NCBI GenBank assembly: GCA_002633005.1
Contig: NMRA01000250.1
Location: 31,534 to 95,533, forward strand
Source of the DNA: Phoronis australis
Taxonomy: Eukaryota > Animalia > Phoronida
Length of the DNA: 64,000 nt
Reading direction: 5' to 3'
Below, in pieces: positions 23,526-36,888 of this stretch. Made by a program: the position numbers and the translations under genes. The notes beneath the pieces are model-generated. The model worked only from the letters and a program-made list of their open reading frames with translations, ran no database searches and was not told the DNA's origin. How positions within the stretch are numbered: the stretch's first letter is position 1; each line of letters starts with the position of its first letter.

Positions 23526-24454
23526 NNNNNNNNNNNNNNNNNNNNNNNNNNNNNNNNNNNNNNNNNNNNNNNNNNNNNNNNNNNNNNNNNNNNNNNNNNN
23601 NNNNNNNNNNNNNNNNNNNNNNNNNNNNNNNNNNNNNNNNNNNNNNNNNNNNNNNNNNNNNNNNNNNNNNNNNNNNNNNNNNNNNNNNNNNNNNNNNNNN
23701 NNNNNNNNNNNNNNNNNNNNNNNNNNNNNNNNNNNNNNNNNNNNNNNNNNNNNNNNNNNNNNNNNNNNNNNNNNNNNNNNNNNNNNNNNNNNNNNNNNNN
23801 NNNNNNNNNNNNNNNNNNNNNNNNNNNNNNNNNNNNNNNNNNNNNNNNNNNNNNNNNNNNNNNNNNNNNNNNNNNNNNNNNNNNNNNNNNNNNNNNNNNN
23901 NNNNNNNNNNNNNNNNNNNNNNNNNNNNNNNNNNNNNNNNNNNNNNNNNNNNNNNNNNNNNNNNNNNNNNNNNNNNNNNNNNNNNNNNNNNNNNNNNNNN
24001 NNNNNNNNNNNNNNNNNNNNNNNNNNNNNNNNNNNNNNNNNNNNNNNNNNNNNNNNNNNNNNNNNNNNNNNNNNNNNNNNNNNNNNNNNNNNNNNNNNNN
24101 NNNNNNNNNNNNNNNNNNNNNNNNNNNNNNNNNNNNNNNNNNNNNNNNNNNNNNNNNNNNNNNNNNNNNNNNNNNNNNNNNNNNNNNNNNNNNNNNNNNN
24201 NNNNNNNNNNNNNNNNNNNNNNNNNNNNNNNNNNNNNNNNNNNNNNNNNNNNNNNNNNNNNNNNNNNNNNNNNNNNNNNNNNNNNNNNNNNNNNNNNNNN
24301 NNNNNNNNNNNNNNNNNNNNNNNNNNNNNNNNNNNNNNNNNNNNNNNNNNNNNNNNNNNNNNNNNNNNNNNNNNNNNNNNNNNNNNNNNNNNNNNNNNNN
24401 NNNNNNNNNNNNNNNNNNNNNNNNNNNNNNNNNNNNNNNNNNNNNNNNNNNNNN
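23526..24454. other. Assembly gap
   Basis: Run of N. Confidence 1.
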
Positions 24455-26554
24455 CCAAATGGGGGGGGGGCTTGTTGGAGCCCCTCGAGACCCCCCCCCC
24501 CCTGGGTGCGCGCGTGATTAGTATTGCTAAGGCGCCTGTGGTGTACCGTATTTAAGTAACCATGTTATGATACTGTGCAGGGACCTTATGCCAGTAGTTA
24601 GTCGTAGGCCTATGTCCCTATTAGTATTTCTATTGCTTACTAATATATATTTTCACGAACTCACTGCTGGGCTAGCAAAAAAGCTAAGCACTGATGCAGT
24701 GAGGGCGGCGGAAATCAACACTTGTTAATTCTGTTTTAATGATATCCTGCCATTGTCCAGATGGGGAAAACAATAGGCAAATATGTAGTTGGATACTGTT
24801 TTGCATTTCCACTCAGTAAAGAGGTGACATGCGCCCCGGCCTGGGAACCGAAACTGCCACAAAAATATGTATCGTTTTACTCCTGTTAGTTCAGTTCTGG
24901 AAATCATCATAAAACTACTTAGCGTTTTCTGTCAAAAAACACGTTTTGAGTGGGCCGCATGCCGTTATAAAATTTGTCTTGTCTCGTTCCTTACTTAGTT
25001 GAGACGTGATTTATGGACCTGGGAAATAGAAGTGTTATAGTTCATTTTTCAACCGTCGGCAAACTCATCATTTTGCTCTCCGGCCTATAGAAAGATGTTG
25101 TTAGCTCATGGAGGTCTGAAGAGATAACGAACGTCATGTTGTTTCTAAGCTCAGAAATCAAACTTATTTTGAGTAATGAACATTTTGAGACCAACGGCAA
25201 GTGGCGTAAATCGAAACTTGCGTTTTGTACGGGTGAATGAGGCCAATATGAGTATCATACACGTGGCTTGCAGTGATTTCGGCCGTGATTACAGCATCCA
25301 TAAAATTGAGAAATGAGTCACGCTTATGGAATCTTGCTGGGAAATCCCCTTTAGTTGTGGCACTTCAGTCTTCCAATCAATGTTACGTGTTTCGACCAGT
25401 CGCATGGCTCCTGGTATAGCTCATTGCATGGCGTAAGTGGAGCATACAAACTTGTAGCTATTGAGGCAAACGGGCCTACGTGGTCCTAGTGAATAGTACT
25501 TTTCAATGACTATAAGAATAGAATTCAGAAAGGTCTCCTTGGGTGTAGTCAACACAAAAGGGTTTGTCCGATTTAAAGCCAGGGGCCCGTGTATTTGATT
25601 GCTTAACTTCGCTTGAAAAAAAACGTAGCGGGAGGTGAAGAGAAACTCTATCCTGAATGATCTCACCCACAGATATGTTTTCTAACATTTCCATCGCCTT
25701 CCTTAATGAGGGGTATCGTCGTTGGGTCAACTGATTTGTCAATAATTTCCGAAGCTGGTTCTCCAAATCAGAATAAGATAGGGCAAGTACTCGAGTCTGT
25801 GTACAACAAAAAATGGCGATTGCCTAGTTCAGTAACCAAATGTGCAATGCGGTAACTTATCGAGAAGTCACTCGTTAGCCAAATATCTACAAAATTATGA
25901 AACTTAACTTTTCATAAGTATATATTTTCTAAAAATAGAAAGTCTGTAGCCTAGACTTCGGTTTTCAACGTTATATTATGATCTGGTATTAAGTAGGTTA
26001 CGTGTGACCGTGTTTTGTAAGTAAAATTTAGCGAAAAGGAGCGTTCGAAGCAAAACGTCGGAATCAGTAACATGAACAACCAGTTCTTTACTGAAAGAAA
26101 ACTTATAGCTGCATGTCACCCTGTTTGATGGGCTAAAAACGAAAATCGAATTAGGCCTTTTACTGTCGTCAAATCGACGTCACAATATGCCTTACTGTGA
26201 TATAACCTGGTTCCCGGGCCTCACAAGATGACGTCACGGATAACTTGTGAAGGGACCCCAACCAACCTCGAGGGTCTGTGCAGGAGACTAACTGTGATAG
26301 CGTCCCATTTCCTTTACTCAGCAACATTGAAAACATCGGCGACTCGAGAAAATGCTTCCGAGTTCCATTGGGTTTCCCTAACCCTAAAATTGCGGACTCC
26401 GCATTGCATGTCACACTATTCATTGTTTAACTTGCACCAACAACTTAAATATGATCTCCTGGAATTTCTATTTTGTTCGTTCTGTGTTTTGCAATATATA
26501 TTAAATAGTATGTAATACTTAAACCGGCGTGAAAATGCTCATCGCATGCCAAAG

Positions 26555-26685
26555 CATGCCACCTGTGGCCACATCAGTGAATATAGTCTGGTCGGTTAGC
26601 AGACGGTCGCAGGTTCGAGTCCCGGTTGGGGAATTATATTCATTAGGTCACGTGATGTGGCCACAGACTTAATTTTTTGCGATAT
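26555..26685. mobile_element. Deleted copy of the tRNA-cassette foldback element
   Basis: gccacctgtggccacatca...ttagcagacggtcgcaggttcgagtccc...gtcacgtgatgtggccacagacttaattttttgc. Confidence 0.7.
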
Positions 26686-26974
26686 ATATACAGAACTGTG
26701 AAAAAATTCGACCATTGCAGCATACAAGCACGATGAGATCATTGCATCTAGTTGGCAAATTGTCAGACTTTTCTGGTGACACCAGTTAATGAGGATTTTT
26801 GAACATGGATCAAAGATATTGATTTGTTCCGATGCATAACACCCACAATTAAATTTGATCTGAATTTTTAAAAGAATAATGGACCCGGATTTGGATTACC
26901 GGCGGATATTAACACCGACTTAAAACTTTTAAATCTTTGAAACATAATAATGCTCTGTAGGCAACTCATTTCAA

Positions 26975-27080
26975 ATATAATTATATATATGTATAATATA
27001 ATTATATATATGCATAATATAATTATATATATATGTATAATATAATTATATATATATGTATAATATAATTGTATATATCT
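26975..27080. repeat. AT-rich minisatellite
   Basis: Repeated tataattatatatatgtataa units next to the 3' end of the L1/Tx1 fragment. Confidence 0.9.
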
Positions 27081-27084
27081 TTAA

Positions 27085-28195
27085 TGTATTTATTACATAA
27101 ACAGAACATTGCAATTTACGATTGCATTACAGTACAAAGAAAAAACTCACACGCACACCGACACACGCACACCCAAAATGCCACTCCTATTTCTATCACA
27201 TGTTACTTTCGAATACGTATCATTTTTCCTAAAAGACTGTAAACATAAATTCTTTTTGCGAAGTACTTCTTTGTTTTATAATAGTTTAAAACCATCATAT
27301 TTAACATTAGAATATTGAAAGTTCCAGAATTAAATTTAATATTAAATATATTCTGTTTCGCTAAAAGCAAAAATGATTTTATAAGATCTAAATTTGGAAT
27401 GTCCCCAGAAGTCAGTCCAAAGACATAGAATTATATGACTATTAAGAGGCAATTCAAGATCATACTTTTTCATCCAAAGTTCAAAATAATTCCAAAAACG
27501 TCCAACGACATTACATTCCCGTAACACATGTGGAAGTGTGTCAGGAAGTTTATACAAAACTGCATGGGTCGCTTTCCCTTAAATTAATTTTTCTGCGAAA
27601 AGTGTTATTTGATAAAATTCGATTGATAATGCTGAACTGTAACCACCAAAGTTTACTGTCCTTTGTCACACGATGAGGTAATAGATACACAGACTTCCAA
27701 TTAAACGTTTGAGGCAAATTACATTCAGGAGCCCACTTCAATTCAACATTTGTCACCTGAGCAATGAAAATCCCTGAAATATACTGCCTATTACCTTTCC
27801 GAATACAATCAAATATAGCGGGAAAGACAGGGGAGTAGCAGTCAACCTTATTAACTTCTGCAATACTTTTTATTTGGAATTTTTGCAATGTCGCTCTAAC
27901 GCCACAATATTCAACAAAGTTAGCTTTAATGCACCAACCTTTCCTCAAATAAACATAATAAAAAATTTACCGTTGTCCATATACACATCTATTAAAAACC
28001 TTATTCCTTTTTCGTGCCAATGTTTTAAGACTTTCACCTCCGACCTCCAGACAACCACTGAGGCAAAGTGGTTGATTTAAAATGTCCTTTCCACAATGAA
28101 CAGAGTCTTTCAATTTTATAAATGAAAGAATCCAACTCTTAAATAGTGTAGCCAAAAGCCATTCTTTTCCAAAGATATATTTGATCCAAACGGCT
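27085..28195 (-). mobile_element. 5'-truncated, degenerate L1/Tx1-type non-LTR retrotransposon
   Basis: WKSVYLLPHRVTKDSKLWWLQFSIINRILSNN...KINLRESDPCSF / DTLPHVLRECNVVGRFW is the zf-RVT C-terminus of L1/Tx1 ORF2, with frameshifts; aataaa on the minus strand near 27090. Confidence 0.85.
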
Positions 28196-29306
28196 AAAAA
28201 ATTTTAGGTGAGGGTACAACGCATTAAATAAATGGCTGGACTTAGTAGTCGAGAGGGTATAATGTAAATGTGTGACAACTTTTAAGAGATTTACAAAAAG
28301 TGTTTAATTAATCATTTTAATATCGTAGCTTCAGTACAACAGCTTTAGTCCGTTTTATTTCATCACGTTGTGACTGCCAAATAAATGTAAAAAAAATCGA
28401 ACTGAACTCATGAAGAAATACTTGAGGTGTATTTGAGTTAAGTAACAGAAATGTCAGCTTGGAAATAGCTAAAGATTTTTACACCGTGACTCTTCCATAA
28501 GGTGTTAAATTTCTACGGGACTACAACGGCGGCGCACCATAGGGGGCTGGGGGGGGGGCTATAGCCATACCACTATTTTCAGTGCTGAGCCGCTCATACT
28601 TGCAACGGCGTTTTTATGTCCTTCAAATGATCGCAATGATTTAAATAAACTAAAAGTTGAGGTGTTTAGTTTAGAATTTACCGCTGCAGAAAGTTCGGCT
28701 GCTATAATGCGGAGCGACTGGGTTCGATGCCATTCTGTTGCTAATATCTGTAACATTACTTTTCTCGCGGAGAATTTCCCTTAGATCAGAATGCCCATGT
28801 GGTCCTTGAGGACAGAAGATTGTTTACTATGATAGAATTAAAGCTGTATTTTCGCCGTGTTTGGCTGGCTAAAAAACAACAACTATCGAACTAGATCGGC
28901 CTTTCTCTCCGGCAAACCATTCTCGTAATATTCCTTACTATGACAAAGTAACTGACAATGCTTACATTCGCTGTTTTTAAATTCATTGTTGAAGGATTAG
29001 CTAACCCCAGTGAAATTTGAAACATTTTCTTGAGTCGCTGATGGTTTCGATGTCCTTGTTGGTAGCCGAATCTTTGTCTTGTTAGGGAACATCATAAGAC
29101 CGATTTTATGATAGCAAAAGGCCTCATTCGATTTGTGTTTATTAACCAGCTAAACAGGACCAAAGGCAACATTAAGGTTACTTAACAGGGTATTTGTTAA
29201 CTGATATTAACAACGATTTCCTCATCCAGGTCTTTAAAACAAAGCAATGTCCTGTAACCCTCCGTAAAACATTGTTGCAAGTAATCTCATAAGACTGTTA
29301 AACGGG

Positions 29307-30047
29307 CAAGCGTGATCCACGCTTTTGAGACGAGTTACACGTTTACTGAAGGGAACGTCACACCCCACACAGTGACACAGTGAGAATGTTTTTTTAGTTC
29401 AACCTTGCTTTTATCATTCTGTGCATAAATCACCAATGGTGCACTTGCAGGATTCAGGGCGGGGATTGGTGGAAATCACCAAAAAATTGTTTATTATCGT
29501 TTTAACGGGCCGGGTTTCGGACCCACCGAACCCGTCTCTGGATCCACCATCTCACTGTAGCTGCCTCTCCAATACTTGCTGTGATGGCGGGCCATTGCAC
29601 ATTGGAAATCCGACATTTTTGTCCGAACGTGACTATTAGATCTGGCTAATGCGGAAACAGTTTGCAACACTGGTCANCAAGCGTGATCCACGCTTTTGAG
29701 ACGAGTTACACGTTTACTGAAGGAAACGTCACACCCCACACAGTGACACAGTGAGAATGTTTTTTTAGTTCAACCTTGCTTTTATCATTCTGTGCATAAA
29801 TCACCAATGGTGCACTTGCAGGATTCAGGGCGGGGATTGATGGAAATCACCAAAAAATTGTTTATTATCGTTTTAACGGGCCGGGTTTCGGACCCACCGA
29901 ACCCGTCTCTGGATCCACCATCTCACTGTAGCTGCCTCTCCAATACTTGCTGTGATGGCGGGCCATTGCACATTGGAAATCCGACATTTTTGTCCGAACG
30001 TGACTATTAGATCTGGCTAATGCGGAAACAGTTTGCAACACTGGTCA
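29307..30047. repeat. 370-bp tandem duplicate split by a single N (probable assembly artefact)
   Basis: 29307-29676 and 29678-30047 differ at only two positions that I could find; n at 29677. Confidence 0.9.
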
Positions 30048-31234
30048 CGAGGTTCTAATAGTAGCGTCTTTTGTCGTCTGGGTCTTTCACTTCCTCGTCT
30101 CTGCTGTGGACGCATAAAAGGTTGTCTGATGGCACGCAACACGTTAAATCAGGCAACGGATTGTTTGATTGTGTTAAGTTTTGTGCAGTTATGTTTCGTG
30201 AATAGTTTTTTTGTTCATCGTAGTTAACGGTCTGTAGATCATTTCAACTTCGCCGTGTACGGCCAGAGTAATGTATTTTTGTGCATAATGACACCCATTC
30301 CATTACAGTCACTAATTTAGAAGACTGGATGAATTTCGTCCGTCGAAAGATATCGTTAGCATTTCGTAACTTCCAGCCCTGTCTGTGTGCCTTATTGTAC
30401 TTTTTTAACAAGTGGTCGGGGTTTCCTCCAAAACCTCATTGCATATGGTAGCAGTTAAGTGAGTACCCGAAATTCATATTAAATTAAAATTCAGTTAAGT
30501 TAGTAAATATTTGGAGCTGTGTTGAGTGATAATTATATTTGGGTTTTCGTTTCGACTGGCCTAACTTGCGTTAAAACCCGTTTTATGAAGTTTTTAATGA
30601 AACGGAAATAGTATGAGACATTGATGATAGTAAACAGAATCGAAGATTCTGCAAACAGGTGATAATACAGCAACCGGCGGGACCGCGAAGCGGTTACGTA
30701 ACTCACTTATCTTGGATTATCGTGGTTTGCGATCCCTCCCGTATCACTACTGTGCAAACGGGTAACAAACAAATACAAGCGCACTCAGGCATACACCAAA
30801 AACAACACTGTGAAAAACAAAACAAAATCTATTCTTCAATCACCATTTTAATGATTAGTAAAGCCAATTGTAATGAATAAAACCTCAAAATAACAAATTT
30901 AAAAAACATTATAATGGATCTTTAGAACTTATCGCTAAACGGGGACAGTCTTATCTCTTTCCTGTCGTACTTCACGGAATTATTTTAGCAACGTGTCATA
31001 ACAGAAGTTTTCCCACCAAGCAAAATAGCAACGGTCTCAATAGCAAGTTATTCAGATATTACATATATTTACCATGAATTAGTTGAGGCTCTGAACTGCA
31101 ATTGGTGAAATTGAATTTTGTGCAGGTCTAGCCCGCCTGTCAACAACGGGTCAATAAGAATACCTGAGCTAACTAGAGTGATTTTGGGTCACACAGATTC
31201 AAACAAGAAGATAAGTACAAATTTCAACAAGTAT

Positions 31235-31240
31235 TTTATT
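31235..31240 (-). terminator. Candidate polyadenylation signal of the ETS gene
   Basis: tttatt (AATAAA on minus) closing an AT-rich, UTR-like 2.2 kb stretch after the stop. Confidence 0.4.
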
Positions 31241-33398
31241 TTTAACAACCCAACGCAATATTTACAATTGTAATTTAAAACCATAATAATCACCTTTTCC
31301 AACGCAAAACCACAACAATGCTTCATCTTCTTTGGAACAATGGTAAAACCAGTTAGTTCATGGTTGCCTATGGAATCAAAACATTAATTCAACTCAAACA
31401 TTAGCACAAATTTACACAAAAATAATTCCCTATGAGGGAGACCACTGTAATCTATATTCCATATGCTCAATTTACAATCAACACTATTTTAATCTGAGGT
31501 AAAAGCCCCCTTCTAGGTTTCTTATTGTAAGATGCTAAACCCAACGACATGGTGAATGCTTATTGGAAGATTCATTCCATAAAAACACGTCGACTGTGTT
31601 CCAAATACCGAAGATGCTCTAAAAGAAGCCGTGCTTGTAACAGCAGCCGGTGGAAGCAGGGGAGAAAGGTATACTGAAATTCTTAGGCATGACTGACATT
31701 AATAAACGGCAGGCCTCAATAAGAAGCTTTACGGTACTTGAATACAATATGAACTCGAGTGTTTTTGTTGCTTTAATGTGAATTCCTTTGTGAGGCATTG
31801 TTGCTTGTAACTTGAGCACAAAAAATACTCGATTATTAACATTGGGACTCGAGCTCAAGTCGAATCGTTTTATAAGATGACTCCTCAGCGAACTGCTGAC
31901 TCGGGACTCTCTATCCTACAACTGCATATGTATATGACAACGCATCATTTTCTCCAGAAGTCATTCCAGAAACCGCTTCACATTTAAAAGCGTCCCCCTC
32001 AGTATAAGTGTTACAAACTTTGAATAGCACAAGACAGACACGTCATATCAGTTTTCCATTCAGGACAAACACCACGTGCAAAACAAACTTCATAAAAAAA
32101 TAAAATATTGTTCACCAACAATTAACAGTTCAGCACTTTTATGAGCATTCATTTCATAAGTACAGTGCACGAAAAGCATACCTTTAACAATTAGTTACAA
32201 AACTTACATTCAGGATAAAATTCAAACAAATGCATGATTTGGCAGATACATTGACGTCATTAGACTTATTTACACACAGAAATTAGTGACCGGAGGAAAG
32301 ATGGCTGAAAATTATCTCGGACGGTTTCAGATTGTTACTGGCAATGTCCTAATTTTTCCAGCCTGTTGCATTTTTACCAAACTTGTAGACCAAGCGGCGA
32401 CCTGGGACCGGTTCCAAAATTTCACTCCTGTAATAGTACCTAACAGGGGAAATGAAACAGACTAATTAGATTTCATCCAAACTCTCAAGTCAGTTAGGGC
32501 AATCGGACACTGGTGTAAAATCTCTGCTGATTAAGAGGACAGTAATCCTTAAGAAGATCAAATTAAGGTTACTCAGTTTCTTGATGCCCTGCTACAAACA
32601 CGAAAAATCGCGAGAGGAAGTTAAGAGATTGAAACGTTAGTATTACGAAGAAATGACAATTTAAAATCACAATTTAAAGCCAAACTACTCAAGTAATTCG
32701 TTAGTAACGTAAGCTATTGACAACACTAAAAACACGAGATATCAAAGATGAGTCATTGACAAAAGGGGTAAGCGAAACAGAAGGTTGCCGTGCACGGGTG
32801 CAGTGGTGTTTGTAGAGGCGTGAGTTTCGTTCGAAACTGTCTCATATTGCGTGCAAAATCACGAAAATGAAAACGCGAGATGATGTTGTGCAACACTGAC
32901 TTTAGGTCTAATATTTCCTGGACGTAAAAATTGACACGTGCCTATTGGTACAGGAAGGCAGAGGTCTTGATTTCTACATTTCTCGCAACAGAACTTGCCC
33001 TCCACAGTTCCGATTGCGATGACGGTGTGTGCGTTATCGTTAGGCGTTGGTAAAAATTAAAAGTCTGCAGCACACAGCTCTCACTATTTTGCCTAAAATG
33101 TGACCGAACAGGCTCAACATCAATGCCTGCCTCAGAAAATGCAGGACTGATATCCAAGTCAACGAGCGATCGTAAAACCAACACAGATAATTAGGCTTTT
33201 TGGCGTGATGAAGAACTCATGCGACAATGCATCTAGGAGGACTACATGTTATCATGTTGTAGTCTGCGGTGCGATAGAGCGTAGAAGTTAGTTCAGTGCA
33301 TTGAGCAACTGGAATGAATGTGAGTATAGACGAAGTAAGATGTCTATGCAAAATGAGCATGCCAAGAAACTTAATAAACTTAATTTGACGCTGACCGT

Positions 33399-33510
33399 TT
33401 AGTATCCCTCCTGCCAACCATAGCTTCGGGCTCCGAATTTGAAGCAAAGTTTCTTGGGAAATTTCCCGTCTTTTGGAAGATCAGCGAAATAACCAGCGGT
33501 GCGGGAAAAC
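33399..33510 (-). CDS. ELF3/EHF/ELF5-like ETS factor, last exon (ETS C-terminus)
   Basis: ccttag|(R)FSRTAGYFADLPKDGKFPKKLCFKFGARSYGWQEGY*; the FKFG...GW motif is typical of the ESE subfamily. Confidence 0.92.
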
Positions 33511-33573
33511 CTAAGGCATGGAAAACTAAGTTTAATTTTCCGTTTACATGGAAACTGTATCTGTGACAATGTT

Positions 33574-33740
33574 CCAAAGTTGCGCCTGATAGTACTCCGA
33601 TCGTCCTATAAACTTAGAGTATCGCCTCCAAAGTTGCGCCTGATAGTACTCCGATCGTCCTATAAACTTAGAGTATCGCCTTCAAAGTTGCGCCTGATAG
33701 TACCCCGATCGTCGTATAAACTTAGAGTATCGCCTTCAAA
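33574..33740. repeat. 54-bp tandem repeat x3 in the ETS-domain intron
   Basis: Unit ccaaagttgcgcctgatagtactccgatcgtcctataaacttagagtatcgcct. Confidence 0.95.
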
Positions 33741-33894
33741 ATAATTAGCGACAAAGCGGCAGATTCAAGTAATTCTCGAACTCTAAGACCGGCGGTAACT
33801 ATAGGCGTACTATATGCCGTTCGTAGAGTTTGTTAAAATCAAACTTAGTGAGAATCAAACTTAGTAGGGTTATTTACCCACGTGTGCGACTTAC

Positions 33895-34087
33895 CTCATA
33901 GCCCGACTGAGTTTTTCGTATGTCATCTTTTCGTTGTTTTTTCGCCGACCCCACAGGTTTGCTACTTCGGCCGAGTGCACAAAACGGAAGACGCCTGTTT
34001 TTCGATCCTCCCATTTGATGACTTTGTTAAAGGCGGGATTTTTCAACAAGTCGCGCACGAACTCCCAGAGATGATTACCTTTTGCAG
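33895..34087 (-). CDS. ELF3/EHF/ELF5-like ETS factor, ETS-domain exon
   Basis: ttttag|AKGNHLWEFVRDLLKNPAFNKVIKWEDRKTGVFRFVHSAEVANLWGRRKNNEKMTYEKLSRAM(R)|gtaagt (translated by hand). Confidence 0.97.
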
Positions 34088-34461
34088 CTAAAAATACGGC
34101 AATCGTTTTAACTATTGTCGGGAGTTGTGGGCGGAGTCAATTTTAGCATGTAAATGAATGGTTTGGCAGCAAATCACGATACTACTCACTGTTGGAAAGG
34201 ATATCATATCATTACCTCTGACTTCAATTTCCCGGAGTGCGAACTGATCGCAACTGCAGGTAAACTGCATAGGGTAATAAGGCTGATTTAATCTCCTTAA
34301 ACTCACTTTTTAAGGATCGCGATGAAAACTCACCACTACTATAGCTGAACTTGTTAATTAATTTTCTGCTTCTGGTTTTGACTCTAATGAATCTCAAAGG
34401 TTTATAAAAGATAAATCAAAGTATTCATTGGCAATAGGCACAATTTTTGATCAACACTCAC

Positions 34462-34635
34462 ATTTTCCGGGGATTCGACCTCTGCGACTTGTTTTTTTAG
34501 GAATAACTGGTTCGTCCTCGTCACTGGTAGTACTTATGGGATAAGGCTGTGGACTGGAAAAATAACTTGGTTGATAGGTGGGGTCCACGTCATCACTGGA
34601 ACATCCACTTCCGCAATCAGATTGGTCGGAAAATA
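34462..34635 (-). CDS. ETS factor exon, Ser/Asp-rich and basic region
   Basis: tttcag|FSDQSDCGSGCSSDD...KKTSRRGRIPGK|gtgagt; phase 1-1. Confidence 0.88.
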
Positions 34636-35690
34636 CTGAAACGAAAAATAATAGGCGCGTGAACAACAAACGCTAGTTTAAGCCACTGTAAACCCGCCCT
34701 CCGTCACGAAAACGAACTTTTGATTTAGACAACTTACAGTTATAAAATTGGACTCAAATTTCCCTTAGAGGTGATTGCAAGGCTTCGAGAGATCTGACAT
34801 AATTACCGCTATGTCTTGAGATCACGCTCTATAGCTTGTCACGTGGTGTCATTTTACGCACGAACTGTCTAGGTAAGAAACAAGTTGAGACCAATTTTTG
34901 GAGGTTAGTGGTCTAAATGAAAAGTTCGCTTTTTCGACGGAACACAGGCTTATGGCTGCTTTAAAATGGCTTACAACGCGAGAATCAGAGACTAAATCGC
35001 ATTATTCAAAGTGGTTCTCTATCACTGGAACACAAAACAAAGTGTTCACCAAGTATTTCTTACAGTTTGTTCATAAAGATTTTAATGTTATGTTCATGTC
35101 AAAGCATTTTTCCTTTAGTTTCAAATTTCAAGAAAAAAACGATCTTTCGGCTGCTCGACTCTGCCTCGATTTTTCTCCCACAAAGCAAAGCACATCTCGT
35201 TATTTGTTATGGCAAAATAAAGACGTAGCACATTTCCCTTACGTTAAAAAACGTGATCTTTGACCTTTGATGTAAGCAAAACTGAGGATTTATGTACTTG
35301 GGAAATGTTCGCTGGTCAATACTTTGAGCACATGGGCACAAATATATTACTAGGGAGGAGAATTTGAATTGTAATGCCAGGAATGGAAAACTTTATCTTT
35401 CGTCTGTGTTTCAAAAATAGTAAATCTGACGATTTTTCTTGAACATTTTACAATATTCAAATAGCTCTCACATTAGCGTCCACAAGAAGTAGATTCGCCA
35501 CCAAGATCTGTTTAAAAGGTGTTCTTTTATGAGTATTCGCGTTCCTGATCCCTTTAAATGTGCACGTTTGTATCAAAAGAGGCATGGAGACAAAACCATT
35601 TCACAAAGTGAAAACCGTTCTGAAGTAAACTGATTTTCATTTTCTTTTTCAAACTCTTTAATAACAATGACCGACAGGTAGTTGACATAC

Positions 35691-35807
35691 CTGTTGGGTA
35701 GCTTTCATAGGATAACGAAACGTTCTCTTGGTGATCCTCCATGAAGCTCAGTTCACCCATGAGATGCGAAGTCTCCATTGTTGGCCAGTAACTCATTTCT
35801 CCAGAAG
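35691..35807 (-). CDS. ETS factor internal exon
   Basis: ttgtag|SGEMSYWPTMETSHL...YESYPT|gtatgt; 117 nt, phase 1-1, open. Confidence 0.8.
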
Positions 35808-35943
35808 CTACAAGTATAAAGAGTACATTAGAACAGCGCATTTAACGTTCCTTAAGTCTACAATGTTAACTTTCTGCTGCTGCGTCGTTAGCAAGAATTA
35901 GATTGACTTTCCGCCAAATATCTGATAAAATGCAATAACTCAC

Positions 35944-36063
35944 CGCTTGAGCTGTAACTGTTTTCAGCGTGCGATGAATACGAAGGCGACCAGTACAATG
36001 GTGGCTGAATATCATTCGATACCTGGTCAAGCGAATCGTCAGGTATTGGTTCTTCAAACGTAC
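35944..36063 (-). CDS. ETS factor internal exon
   Basis: ttgtag|TFEEPIPDDSLDQVSNDIQPPLYWSPSY...SSS|gtgagt; 120 nt, phase 1-1, open. Confidence 0.8.
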
Positions 36064-36376
36064 CTACAATTCAAAGGGATACACAGATTCTCAGTTGCCC
36101 GTTCAACCTGATTGATCTGGCTTGTTCCTGATAGAGACTAGCCGATTCTAAATTCTTTTGATGGGGCTACCCTAATTGTAAATATCTAATAAATAAATAA
36201 ACGAACAAATAAATAAGTTATTTGTTGTACAATTGATATTAAGTATCATAGCAACGAAAGATGGTCCTCCCAACAATAGCACAGAATTGTCACCTCATCA
36301 CTGGACGTCCTTTCCAAATGCTCCTTGACGAAAAAAAGTTATTCGAACATTATTGCTTATGCTTTTGCAAACTTAC

Positions 36377-36619
36377 CAGCAGTGCTTAACAGCAGATCTA
36401 GTTCTGTCTTCAGCAAGTCACCATAGCGTGGCAGATGGTGTTCGAATTCTTTTCTCGACCACTCACAGATCTCTTTTCCGGTGATATTCCGGAACTTGTC
36501 CAATATTTCTTGGGCTTCAGAATCATTCTTTAGAGAATAGGATAACCAGTCGAGTACTTGAGAGCTGGTCCAATTCTCTGGGTACGTAAAGGTCCATCCT
36601 CTAAAAGGTTCCGTGCCAT
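36377..36619 (-). CDS. ETS factor Pointed (SAM_PNT) domain exon
   Basis: ttacag|GTEPFRGWTFTYPENWTSSQVLDWL...FRNITGKEICEWSRKEF...YGDLLKTELDLLL|gtaagt; PNT pattern P..WT..QV..WL...G..LC....EF. Confidence 0.93.
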
Positions 36620-36773
36620 CTGTAACACAAGTTAAACATCAACGGCTTCGAAATGCGTTGAAGCATACCACCACGAGGAGCACAGTGACATGAGTCCGCG
36701 CACACACCCGTGAACTACACTAGTAGTTGCCTAAAATCAGACTAATAAACCACGATTTCACAACTTTGCTTAC

Positions 36774-36888
36774 CCAGTGCTGCGTCCATGGGTTTCAAAC
36801 TCGCATACGATTTCGATTGTGGTTCGTACATGCTGTCAAACTCGACGCACCTATTCAACGGGTCACGCCACACCGAATCGTCAGTGAA
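36774..36888 (-). CDS. ETS factor second coding exon
   Basis: tttcag|FTDDSVWRDPLNRCVEFDSMYEPQSKSYASLKPMDAAL|gtaagc; phase 0-1, fits the PNT exon. Confidence 0.8.

Noticed and set aside
23444-24521. Three long ORFs of 312-357 aa
   Set aside because: They run through the N gap and are artefacts.
25421-25766. Coding-looking minus-strand ORF (LRKAMEMLENISVGEIIQDR)
   Set aside because: No assignable family or exon partners; possibly a decayed transposon fragment.
33574-33740. 54-bp repeat with an in-frame plus-strand ORF (33499-33744)
   Set aside because: Intronic tandem repeat antisense to the ETS gene; the ORF is a by-product of unit length.
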